DNA of 64,000 nucleotides from the human T2T-CHM13v2.0 reference genome, Homo sapiens. Positions 35,030 through 48,206 of this stretch are shown piece after piece. The stretch lies in assembly GCF_009914755.1 (NCBI RefSeq), contig NC_060947.1; one strand, written 5' to 3'. Within the stretch, counting starts at the first letter, position 1; the number at the start of each line of letters is the position of its first letter. Below the pieces are notes generated by a model. It worked only from the letters and a program-made list of their open reading frames with translations, ran no database searches and had not been told where the DNA came from. Position numbers and translations under genes: made by a program.

Positions 35030-35871
35030 TTTATGACTCCAGTCCCCATGATCTGAGTCAAGGTCCCAGTGGGGATCCATACTGGGGATGGCTTGCTGAC
35101 CAGTAGGGAATTTGTCCCTTTCTTCGGCTGTCATTCTATCATTTACTTGACTAAGATACCAGGTATCTCCAAACTCTCAGGCTGCAGCTAAAGCCTCATT
35201 CTTTTCATTAAAGGCCAGGGTTTGATCTAACAGTAGCATGACATCTCTCCAAGTGAGGTCAAAGGTTTGCCCTAGACCCTGTAGAATATCTATGTACCTA
35301 TCAGGATCATCTGAAAACTTCCCCAGGTCTGCCTTGATCTGCTTTAAATCAGAGAGGGAGAAGGGGACATGTACCCGGGTTGGGCCAAATTCCCCTCCCC
35401 CTACAGCTTGAAGGGGACATAACCGATAGCCCAGGGGTTTTTTGTGGTCCTTTGGAGATTTCTTTGCTTATTTCCTTCTGGGCAGGGGAGATTAGAGGAG
35501 GAGTATCATCAATAGGAAGGGGAGCTATAGGGAGGCTAGGATATGGAGGTAAGCTGAGGGGTCCTCCTGTGGGATGTAAATTGCAAGCTTTGCATAGTTG
35601 TGTATTCTCCCTCAGTGAAAAGAAAGCTTGGACATAAGGTATTTCACTCCATTTGCCTTCCCTCTTACAGAAAAGACCAAGCTGCAGGATAGTATTGTAA
35701 TTTGTACTTCCCTCAGGTGGCCATTTTTCCCCATCAGAGAGAATATTGGGGCCAAGTCATAGTGCAGAAAAAAATGAGCTGCCTCTTTTTCAGGGTTTGT
35801 GGGTCAAATTGGTCCCAATGGCTTAGGATGCATTTCAAGGGTGAGCCTGTTGATGCCTGAGTGTTTCCCAT
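35030..35871 (-). pseudogene. ERV9 gag remnant (MA and part of CA), disrupted
   Basis: MGNTQASTGSPLKCILSHWDQFDPQTLKK starting at ATG 35871, followed by stops and a deletion junction to pol at about 35000-35030. Confidence 0.8.
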
Positions 35872-37302
35872 CCGAAAGACAAAACCGCCCGCGGTTTTGG
35901 TTTGTTTTGTTTCTCTCCCTGCCCAAGAACCCGCAACGGTCCCTGGACCCTGCTGATCGGAGTAGTTGCGCTCACCGACGCAGCAGCAGAAACAACCCCT
36001 GCCCAAGAACCCACAACGGTCCCTGGACCCTGCTGATCAGAATAGTTGTGCTCACTGACGCAGCAGCAGAAACACTAGTTTTCCTCCCAGACCACATGGA
36101 GGACCGAGGAAGGTCGGATTTAGTGGTCCTTACCAACACATTCTCGAAAACCTGCACCCTTGCCTGTCCTCCTAGACCACAAGGAGGACCAACCAAGAAA
36201 AATCTGATTTAGTGGCCCTTACCGACGCATTCTCAAAAACCTGTTAGAGTCCTAAGCATTCTCCTGTTAGTATTGGGACTTTACCCGTCCTATAAAGATG
36301 TTATGCCCCAAAAATGAAGTGGAGGGCCATACCCTGAGGGAGGCAGGGGATCTTCAGGGTTGGAAGAGTGACACCTTTTGTCCTCACTTATATGAATAGG
36401 AAGGATACAATTTCTGAGGCTCCCCATATCCTAGCTTCAGAAATAACTTTTGTTAGGCCTGTTAGTCTGAGGAGGGATCCTAAAATTCCTAGTAGTCCCC
36501 ACTACAGCAGGGCTTTGGGCAAAAACTGTGTCTTTCTGATTGGTGAGCCTGGGTGCCTAAAGAAGGTAACAGAGTCCTGGAGTTTATACTAGAAGTCATT
36601 CTTATAGGAGAAACAAGAAAAGCACCAGAGGCAGGTAGCAATTTTTAGAAGTGGGTCAAGCCTCAGAGAAGAGAGGCGAGAGGAAGTTTGTCTGGCAGGC
36701 ATTAGGACCCAGAGGGCAAGGGTCAGGATAGATAGGATAGATGGGCGAGTCTCGCTTGGGCAACATGCTTTTGAGAGTTCCACTCATGGCCACAGGGTAA
36801 ACCAACATGTTGTCGGGACCCCGGAGCTGCATGGCTTTCCTCTCTGTCGACCCTTGGCTCAGCCCAGAAGTACAAGAAAAGCGGAAGCTGGTTCTAGGCA
36901 AACCAACGGTCCCAACTCCGAAGAGTCGGGGGTTGTTAGAGAGCCCTTTCCCAGAAAGCCTGACACCCGTGTCTTTAGTCCGGTGGCCGCGCTAGTCGCT
37001 TTTATCTGGCCGACAGGGGCCCGGTATTTAGCCCCCGAATTCTAAGGAAAGATAGGACAGAATAGCAAGTGAAAGGGGTCCGATGGTACTCACTGCTTGG
37101 CGATAGGCAAAGGTCTCACCGCTCGGCGATTGTCTCACCGCTTGGCGATAGGTGAAAGTCCCTTCGTGGTCGCCAAAATGTGACCAGAATTGGTGGGTTC
37201 TTGGTCTCACTGACTTCAGGAATGAAGCCGCGGACCCTCGCAGTGAGTGTTACAGCTCTTAAGGTGGCACGTCTGGAGTCTGTCCCTTCGTGGTCGCCAA
37301 AA

Positions 37303-38931
37303 TGTGTCCGGAATTGGTGGGTTCTTGGTCTCACTGACTTCAAGAATGAAGCTGCGGACCCTCGCGGTGAGTGTTGCAGCTCTTAAGGTGGTGCGTCTGG
37401 AGTCTGTCCCTTCTGATGTTCAGATGTGTTCGGAGTTTCTTCCTTCTGGTGGGTTCGTGGTCTCGCTGGCTCAGGAGTGAAGCTCCAGACCTTCGCGGTG
37501 AGTGTTACAGCTCTTAAGGCAGCGTTTCTGGAGTTGTTCGTTCCTCCCGGTGGGCTCATGGTCTCGCTGGGCTCAGGAGTGAAGCTGCAGATCCACGGTG
37601 AGTGTTACAGCTCATAAAAGCAGCGTGGACTCAAAAAGTGAGCAGTAGCAAGATTTATTGCAAAGAGCAAAAGAACAAAGCTTCCACAGTGTGGAAGGGG
37701 ACCCGAGCAGGTTGCCAATGCTGGCGCGGGCAGCCTGCTTTTATTCTCTTATCTGGCCCCACCCACATCCTGCTGATTGGTAGAGCCGAGTGGCCTGTTT
37801 TGTCAGGGCGCTGATTGGTGTGTTTACAATCCCTGCGCTAGATACAAAGGTTCTCCACGTCCCCATCAGATTAGTTAGATACAGATTTTCGACACACGTG
37901 TTCTCCAAGGCCCCACCAGAGCAGCTAGATACAGAGTGTCGATTGGTGCATTCACAAACCTTGAGCTAAACACAGGGTGCTGATTGGTGTGTTTACAAAC
38001 CTTGAGCTAGATACAGAGTGCCGATTGGTGTATTTACAATCCCGGAGCTAGACATAAAGGTTCTCCAAGGCCCCACCAGAGCAGCTAGATACAGAGTGTC
38101 GGTTGGTGCACTCACAAACCCTGAGCTAGACACAGGGTACTGACTGGTGTGTTTACAATCCCTGAGCTAGACATAAAGGTTCTCCAAGGCCCCACCAGAG
38201 CAGCTACATACAGAGTGTCGATTGGTGCACTCACAAACCTTGAGCTAAACACAGGGTGCTGATTGGTGTATTTACAATCCCTGAGCTACATACAAAGACT
38301 CTCCACGTCCCCACCAGACTCAGGAGCCCAGCTGGCTTCACCTAGTGGATCCCGCACAGGGGCTGCAGGTGGAGCTGCCTGCCAGTCCTGTGCCGTGCGC
38401 TTCCATTCCTCAGCCCTTGGGTGGTCGATGGGACTGGGCGCCGTGGAGCAGGGGGTGGTGCTCGTCGGGGAGGCTCGGGCCACACAGGAGCCCATGGAGT
38501 GGGTGGGAGGCTCAGGCATGGAGGGCTGCAGGTCCCGAGCCCTGCCCCACAGGAACGCAGCTAAGGCTCGGTGAGAAATCAAGCACAGCGCCGGTGGGCC
38601 GGCACTGCTGGGGGACTCAGTACACCCTCCGCAGCCACTGGCCCAGGTGCTAAGTCCCCCATTGCCCCCCACCAAGCCCACGCTCATCCAGAACTCCAGC
38701 TGGCCCGCAAGCGCCGCATGCAGCCCCGGTTCCCGCTCGTGCCTCTCCCTCCACACCTCCCTGCAAGCTGAGGGAGTGGGCTCCAGCCTTGGCCAGCCCA
38801 GAAAGGGGCTCCCACAGTGCAGTGGGGGGGCTGAAGGGCTTCTCAAATGCCACCAAAGTGGGAGCCCAGGCAGGGGAGGTGCCGAGAGCAAGCGAGGGCT
38901 CTGAGGACTGCCAGCATGCTGTCACCTCTCA
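37303..38931 (-). promoter_or_regulatory. LTR12C-like 5' LTR with tandem CCAAT (NF-Y)/GATA enhancer repeats and a CpG-rich U3
   Basis: Repeated gattggtg...gagctagatac units at 37770-38290; minus-strand AATAAA at 37740-37745 (TATA-like) and 37654-37659 (poly(A) signal). Confidence 0.9.
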
Positions 38932-40309
38932 GAACCACCACACTGATCTCACATTTTGCGAGATTATCCTGATGGAGATGGGGTCCCATAATGCAGCCTG
39001 GCCTTTCCTAGAGGCTGTGAACCCACGTTTGGACCAATCTCATTTTTAATAAGTTTAAAAAGAAAAAAAATGGCTAGAGAAAAAAACTCCTGTTTTTGCC
39101 ATATGATTTTCCACAAGTGCAGCTATAGAAAAGTGCTTGTCCGTTGAATAAAAAACCACATTTGATAGAGAAAAAAAAGACTGTAGTATGCTATGATTGC
39201 ACCTGTGAATAGCCACTGCACTCCAGACTGGGCAACATAGCAAGACCCCGTCTCTTAAAATAAATTAAAACTTGTATTTTACAATTGATTTGGTATATAA
39301 AAACAAATATAATCTGAACTGAATTCATTATTATATATTCATTATTTAATATTCATTTTTTCTCCTTGATTTTAAAAGAGAACACTTTCATGAGCTCCTA
39401 AAATTAAACATGTTTGTGGGCTCCTGAAAGTATGTAACAGACCCTAGGCACTGTGCCGACCGTGCCTAATGTTTTAAGTCAGCCCTGCAGGCACAGAGTA
39501 ACTTGCCCAGGTCACACCGTCAAGTGGCAGAGCTGAGATTTGAATCCAAATAATGTGGCTTCAGAATCTATGATTTTAACCCCCATGCTAGGCAAACAAA
39601 GCAAATTACAGGGGAGAAATCCTGTACATATTACGTGTTTTTTTAGAAGAAAATTTATACACATATATGCCTAGGCCATCTCTGGAAGAATTCAGCAAAA
39701 AAAAAAATGTCTGGGAAAACGAACTAGGAATTGGAGGCATAGGAGACTTAATTTTCATTGTACGTTCCTTTGCACTGTTAATTCTTTTTTACCATGAGCA
39801 TATATTTCTAAATGAGGAAAGTGAGTCTTAAACAGGATTAAGTAACTTGCCCAAGGTTACACAGGAGTAAAGAAACCTCAAAGTTTACTCTGGCATGTAT
39901 GAAATATTTAAGTTTGTTTTCTTGATGGAACATTTGGGCAAGGAGCATATAATTTTGGTTTCTTAAAATTAAACTTTTATTTAAAAATAACTCAAGGTAA
40001 TAAGGGTTATAATTTTTCCCTATGCTATACTTTTTAGGTTCTCTGGAGGTATTGCTCTCTACCACTTTCTCCACGTCCACAAATCAAAATACCCCCAGAA
40101 TTCAGCAGCTTCATATTAGAGTCAATTTTCTGGTTGGATCACTTATTAGAGAATTGGAAGTTTATAAATATGCACAATTATTCAGCCAATAAACAATACA
40201 TCCTCCTTCCCAAATATAGGCCTTTCCTGTATCCCTGTTAAATTGCATCATTTTAGTCCATAGGACCAGTCAGCCAGCCTCTTTTTGTATTATGATTCTG
40301 GATACCGTG

Positions 40310-40600
40310 CATTCATCTTTATGGCAACCTTAAATCTGGCAAGCATGTTTTCCGTGTTTCATCCAAATATTGATTAAAATATTTAACACATGATAGGACT
40401 TAAGCAGAGCCCTGATGATGGGACCAGAGCTCTCTCCAGGATCACATCAATCCATTGCTTTGTCTAATAAGCTGCCAATCCAATTGATTGTACCATCTAT
40501 CATTCCACTCACATCCCCTCTTCCCACTTTCCCCTAGGATATCTGGAGATCCCAGTGTTTTACTGCAAAGTGTCCATAGCATTCCATTTCCCACTGTGCT
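40310..40600 (-). mobile_element. Possible CR1/L3 remnant
   Basis: ttcatccaaatattgattaaaatattt...gcagagccctg resembles the recalled L3 antisense consensus. Confidence 0.4.
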
Positions 40601-41471
40601 ACTCAGAGCAGGTATTTAAAACTAACAAAGGATTGGTTTCTTTACTACGTTCTGCAGGCTTCTGAATTTTACGGCCTGGTCAATACCCCAGAACTCAAAC
40701 ACAAACTGTTTAATAAAACTATAATTCCCTATGGCTCCCAAATCTTTCATAACACATTTGTACAGAACATTTTAAAATGCAAAGATATGCAATCATTTCC
40801 CCCTAGGATCAACCCACTGCCACCCAAAATAACCCAGACAACTGAACACAGCAGCTGGCAAAAGGATGGAGGTCTCTAACCGTGGGGGCAGAGAGCTAAA
40901 TGCATGCCACAAGGAATTACTGAAGAAGCATTCTCTGTTAACAACCCCTTGCTCTATTTCTAGCTGCAACACGCAAGCTACAGTCAAAGTGTTGGGAGGA
41001 GAACATATTTTCTGATTTCCCCTGTAATCACACACACAGTCATAGAATATTTACAGTGGTAACCCTAACTTAACACAATTGCTATGTTTCTAAAAAGTTT
41101 ACTATAAAGTAGAATTTACTGAACAAGGAATTCATTTTTTTTTCATTGACTTGTCCTACCACCCCACATTGTCCTGGAAAGAATTTTGTTCCTTGGTTAT
41201 TAAAAAAAAAAAATACACTTAACAGATGTAGCAGAATTTTCAATACTAGAGGAAAGAACCATGATTAACACTAAAATAATAAATAACATGTTTTACTCAA
41301 AATGTCACAGAAAAGAATGACTAAAAGTAAAAAAAAAATACTAGAATGTCAGCTATTCTGGCAATAGGATTACTTAGCTAATATTGCCTCGCATATAATT
41401 TCATTAGGAAAACTCAGTTTTGCACCATTTCTAGTATTTCTCCCTGTTTTAGAGTTACCATCTTTTTTTCA

Positions 41472-41726
<255 letters not shown>

Positions 41727-41981
41727 TTAATATGAGAAAATAATACAATAAAGTAGGTCTGTTTAGATATGCAGTTGATTGGCAGTTGATTAATGCCCAA
41801 AAAATGATTAGTAAAATTAAATTGTGTCTCTGCTATTCCTAACGTAAAGTTAAATGGAGGTGCTGCTTTCATTAAGGTATGTTATTGCGTCAGAATAGTG
41901 TTTGTTGAGATGACAAAGTGCTGATTATAGTTAGATATTAACTGCTTGCTGTCATTTGTCATTCCAAGACAGGGTTAGTTA

Positions 41982-42226
41982 TAATAATAGCTAACTTTTA
42001 CTGAGCATTCACCAAATACTAGATTCTGTGTGAAGTGTTTATGTATATTAATCACATTTAAAGCTGACAACAACCCTATGAAGCAGAAAACATTATCACC
42101 TATATATTACAGAAAAAACAGGCACAGAGAAGCTAAGTAATTTGACCAAGATCACATAGCTAATAACTGGTAGCACATGATATGAAATCACACGAATTTC
42201 AGAGCCTGAACTCAACCACTATGCTG
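41982..42226 (-). mobile_element. MIR SINE
   Basis: ataatagctaac...caacaaccctatgaag...ggcacagagaagctaagtaatttgaccaagatcac. Confidence 0.75.
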
Positions 42227-43783
42227 AGAAAGGAATTTGGCATTTCTGCTGATGATGAATGGGGAAGTAGATAACAATAGCAGCAACTCTGTTTAAAAAA
42301 AAAAAAGAGTTTGCTCTTTGTATCTTACTAAATACATAAATATCTTGATTTCAAAGTTTCCCTAGATCAATCACCATAGAATGAGAGACATCGAAGTACT
42401 CAGGCTGGACTCTGTCAAGATTCTCTGCATCTGTAAATGGCTTTTAATTAGATTATAATCAAACCCTTCCCTCAAAATAGTAGCTTTGATGCCTTTATGG
42501 TAAGTGACCAAAGAGTGCATTGCTATAGAGAAGGGCTAGGAAGAGAAATGAGAAAGGTTGTTTTCCTGAGGCTTGACTGAGGGATACGGCAGGAAAGGCC
42601 TGGAGGTACACTTACTAGGAGCACATTAGACCAATGCTCTTCAGACTCAACTCTCTTTTGCATATAAATTACTTAAAATTTTCACACAGCTTGTAATAAT
42701 AATCCTCATTCTATACTATATTCACCAGAACACAATTCTAACTAAGTATGTTAATATACCTAATACTGATATTTAAGATTCTTGTTTCATAGTTGAGAAG
42801 CCATATGAGAAATAAAGATTCTAAAATAGCAACGCTGATTTTTTTTCGAGTGATGTACTAATAAAAATATACTAACAAATTGAGCTGGATCCTGACATCC
42901 TCTGAATTACACACAGATCCTGTCCTTTTTTTCCCCATTCTCCCCAGTTTTCAAAATGATCTCTCCTCTCTATATGGTCTCTCAGAGTCCCTCTTGAACA
43001 ACAATAGGCTGATTATCACAAAACCAATCCTACATCTTTTCCCCTAAACTATATGCAAATTACCTATTTCTCACACCCACTCAAACAGAAATAAATCTAG
43101 CTTCCATATCCCAGATCAGTTACTGCTTTTGTGCTGTTTCTTCCGATTTAAGGGCAGCAACAATTATTATTTCTAGTATCAGTCATGGTCTTCCAGAGAC
43201 TAGCAAGGCTATAATTCATGCTTTACTGCTATTGGTAAATCAGGCAAGTGAAAAACAGCAAAAGCCTATAATTTAAGTTCTCTCTGGGTTCTTAATCTAA
43301 GACTCTGGCATTTGAATTAGGATCTGTAATATATGGGTAAAATTAAACCATGAAGCAAGTATATATAAATTACTATCAGATCTAACTATCACTCTGAAAC
43401 TCGTAAATTAAGAATTGAGATGGAAATTCTACTTTTAATCCTTTGTATTAATCTTAATACTACAACATATACTACACTAAATAGATGTATATCTTGTTTT
43501 CATTTAAACTGCCTGTTAACATAGATTTGGGCCTTTTGATCCAAAACAAAAGCCAACAGTGTGCAGATAACAAGTTATTCCTCTGAAAACGTATTTTTCC
43601 AGTTAAAGAAATTCCAGAAACATTTTTTATGTCATCAAACCTATATGCCATTAATTCTAAGCAATGGGAATGATATCCTATTTTCTCTTAGTTATGATTT
43701 AGATCTGGACTCTTCATTCCCATCCTCTCCTTTTTCCCTTTGATTCCTGCTTTCAAAGAACTGTGTATAAACTAAGATCGTAA

Positions 43784-44909
<1,126 letters not shown>

Positions 44910-45224
44910 GAAATATTGCTGAAAAACAGAAGAATGACCAGCCTATTTCAGGTGACAGAAAGGAAGGTGGTCTTTGATTACGTGTCCCCAAATTACCTCT
45001 GAAAGGTTGCCTCATGGGGATGGAAGTCAACATTCCTCTTTTCTTTCCTATATTATTGGGGCTCTCCTTGTCTAGCTCTTTTTGTCCACCACTACATTTC
45101 CTTCCACTACCTAGTGTCTCTTCCACCCAATCCTAGTTCAATTTTGTCTAAGTGCTGGCTAGCAAATGAAGACAGGAAAAAAAGTGGGGGGGGGGCACGA
45201 ATGCTACTAAGGGAAAGGGAGGAA

Positions 45225-45410
45225 CTAACATTCCTTCAACATCTTTTTTGAGCTGGGCACTGAACCAAGCATTTTACACATGCCATCTCATTTAATTCTA
45301 TAACAGCCCTACAAAATTGTGCTATTGTCTTCATTAGACAGATAATGAAACTAAGGTTGAAAGACTTCAAGAAATATGTCCAACACACAGCTAGCAAATG
45401 TCAGGAAAGG
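45225..45410 (-). mobile_element. MIR SINE
   Basis: ctcatttaattctataacagccctac...cagataatgaaactaagg. Confidence 0.65.
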
Positions 45411-45654
45411 AATAAGAGAGATTGAAAAACTGAAGAGTAAGCAAACTCTGCTCACTTTACTCCCTACTACCTATCTCCAGCCCTCGCCCTGGGTTCATCT
45501 TCATGGGAACAGGTGCCAGTTGCCACAAGCTTAATATCCTCAATGAGCCTTAAACTGTAACTCTTAATGTTATCTTAAACTTAATTCTCAAATGTTATTT
45601 ACAATAATGTCATACATACAGTCTCAGAGACAAATGAAAGGATGAGAATACTTT

Positions 45655-46825
45655 TAGACTTCCATTTCCGGTAATATGGAGCACTAGATCTCCTGAAAAA
45701 TCTTCTGCTAGAAAATAACTACAAATTCTGTAGATTTATTTTTAATCTTTTTGATGTATAACATAACACAGCCAGTAAGAGAGAAGAGGAAATCTCCAGA
45801 GATCAAAAAATTAAAAAGAAGCGGAGAGTGTAACTGTAATGGATGCTAATGCTTCAACAGCTCTGGGTGTTTTTGCACTTGGCAGTAATCAATATTCAAA
45901 GAGATATTAGCAGAGAATTTTCAGAATTATAAAAGCTATAAATCTCCAAATTCAGAAAACATAAATCCTCTAATAGAATTTTAAAAAGAAAGAAATTCCA
46001 CATCTAAACACATTGCTGTTAAATAACAAAACAAAATATTTTAAAGCAGCCAGAGAGAAAAGATAGATTATCTAAAAAGGAAAAACAATTAAACTGACAG
46101 CAGGCATCTCTACAGTAACAATAAAATACACAAGACAATAAAATAGTATCTTCAAAGTGCTGAGAGAAAGTAATTGTCAACTTGGAATTGTGAAGCATAG
46201 CAAAACCATCTATCAAGAACAAGGGCAAAATAAAGACCTTTTCAGACAAATGAAAACTAAAAGTTTCATCAATAGACCCTCACCAAAGGAAATTCTAATG
46301 AATTACTTCAGAAAGAAGAAAAATGAACTCCAAAGGTAGGACTAAGATTCAAGAAGAAATGGCTTATAAAGAAATTAGAACACATGTGGTTAAAGCCAAA
46401 CAATTATTGACTGTATGAAACAGTAATAATGATGTATAATTTGGATAAGGAGGAGGTACAATATTGGATAGCAACAACAAATAAAATGAGAGGAGATTGA
46501 GTGGATTTAATGCATTCTAAAGTTCTCATTTTTTTTAGAAGAGTAGAGATGTTTATTTCATTAGCAAAGATACTTTATTCAGTCAAATATGCATGTTAAA
46601 AACTTAAGAGTAATAGTAAAAGAAAAAATCCTTAAAAGTTAAAACAAAACAGCCTCCATCAAGCCAAATATAGACCCAAAGGAAGAAAAAAAGGAAATGG
46701 GGAAAAAGTAGAACAAATAACATACAACAACATAGTGAAAATATATCCAAATATATCAGTAAATATAATAAATATAAAGTAACTTCAAAATGGAGATTTT
46801 CAGGTCAGATTAAAAATAAATTCAG
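45655..46825 (+). mobile_element. Ancient L1M 5'/ORF1 remnant
   Basis: ttttaaagcagccagagagaaaaga...atcttcaaagtgctgagagaaa, resembling the ORF1 C-terminal region. Confidence 0.6.
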
Positions 46826-47875
46826 TCAGCTTCCAGGAAGATAGGTAGATATACTTGTTTTATATATACTACATTAAAATATATATAAGGCTATGAAAGG
46901 AGGAGAAAATAAGACAGAGGGGTTAGGGACCTTGGGTTCCAAGAAATGATATGATGCTAAGTTCTTGGGTATTATTTTTGCCTTATATATGTCAGACTTC
47001 AAGCTGAAGAAGCTGACAACTCAGAAACAACAATGGGCACAGACATCAAAAGCCCTAACAAAACACTGCTCTCTCTATCTAAAGACCTAGGAAAGGAACA
47101 GCCTAGTAAGACAGAAAACTTTTAAATAATAACTACTCTACTGCAGGCAAACACCATAGAAAAGACTGTGGCTCTATCCCTACTCCTGATACCGAAGGCC
47201 AAGTGAGAAGCCCAGACTTCTATCCTCTCTCCAGGCTATAACAAGGTATCCCAATAGCCTCTCCAGGGTGACATCAAAGGAGACAGAGTAGGGAACCAAG
47301 ACTTTCATTTCTGCTGGATGATAATGACAGCTTACCCACCAAAGGTAGAAGTAGAGACTACAATGGGAGCCTGTCAATAACAAGGTGCCCCTCCTCTTCC
47401 TGGCTAGGAAGGTGTCGGAGGAGGCTTAGAGGAGAGTCAGGACATTTACCACTGCCCATTGGTAACCAGGTTATCCCCCACCATTATGTCATTGGAGACC
47501 ATGTGGAGGGCAGACAGTTAGGTATGAGTGGAGGCCTAGGTGGGAACTGGAACTCCCACCTCCACCCAGCATTAGCAAGGAGGAAACCCCCCTTGAGTGT
47601 CAAGAGAGACCAAGTGGGGAGCCAGGACTCTTACAACCCACCTGAAAGTAATGAGGCAGTGCCCCTCTTCCCTTGCCAGAGTGGTATCAGAGGAAGCCAC
47701 CTAAAACAGAAAGTTTAAGTAAGATCCAGAGTCTCATAACATAATACCAAAAAGTCCAATTTCAATAAAAAGTTACCCCTTATACCAAGAACCAGGAATA
47801 TCTCAAGCTGAATTAAAAATAAAATCAATAGATGCCAACACCAAGATGATAGAAATATCAGAATTATCTGACAAG

Positions 47876-48206
<331 letters not shown>

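Larger units (their letters stand above)
33918..38931 (-). mobile_element. ERV9 (HERV9/LTR12C-like) provirus with large internal deletions
   Basis: TG...CA termini with 4-bp TSD gaac (33914-33917 / 38932-38935). Contains 5' LTR, PBS tggcgaccacgaagggac, leader, partial gag, partial pol and a U5-only 3' LTR. Confidence 0.95.
33747..39178 (+). pseudogene. BAZ2A: 5'-truncated processed pseudogene of BAZ2A (TIP5), in two pieces (33747-33917 and 38932-39178) separated by the ERV9 insertion
   Basis: Translation across frameshifts gives FPKRGQ/KSGYSLNFSQGDG/VLLRGRESPAAGPRFSEEGLSPSKWW*LSMQN then NHHTDLTFCEIILMEMGSHNAAWPFLEAVNPRL, matching the recalled BAZ2A PHD-bromo linker and bromodomain start (WPF shelf). 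AATAAA at 39147-39152, A-tail 39171-39178, TSD aagactgtagYat (33732-33744 / 39177-39189). Confidence 0.9.
33648..39256 (+). mobile_element. FAM (7SL-derived monomer) split into 33648-33744 and 39177-39256
   Basis: Left half ...gtagtcccagctactc...gagcccaggagtttaagactgtag; right half gctatgattgcacctgtgaatagccactgcactccag, which is 7SL/FAM-specific. Confidence 0.8.
33565..39487. mobile_element. hAT-Tip100-like MITE (MER96/MER91-like), split into about 33565-33645 and 39257-39487, inside a split MIR (about 33480-33565 and 39488-39590)
   Basis: Terminal ccctaggcactgtgcc...gtgcctaatg...agtcagccctg. MIR core cagatgaggaaac | gcacagagtaacttgcccaggtcac is collinear across the gap. Confidence 0.55.

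Noticed and set aside
35915-36240. ~80-bp tandem repeats upstream of ERV9 gag
   Set aside because: Probably a normal feature of the HERV9 leader rather than locus-specific.
37770-38290. Regularly spaced repeats that superficially resemble a CRISPR array
   Set aside because: These are the known LTR12 U3 CCAAT/GATA enhancer repeats. The spacers are themselves repeated, there are no cas genes, and the context is eukaryotic.
38789-39049. 86-aa ORF fusing antisense LTR12 sequence to the BAZ2A bromodomain start
   Set aside because: It starts at TTG, runs opposite to the LTR promoter and covers only a fraction of the bromodomain. There is no support for a real CDS.
39185-39256. 7SL RNA gene
   Set aside because: Lacks the S-domain, is diverged and is split; it is a FAM-type SINE.
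42366-42505. Plus-strand AG...GTAAGT exon-like segment
   Set aside because: No convincing reading frame and only generic motifs; chance occurrence is likely.
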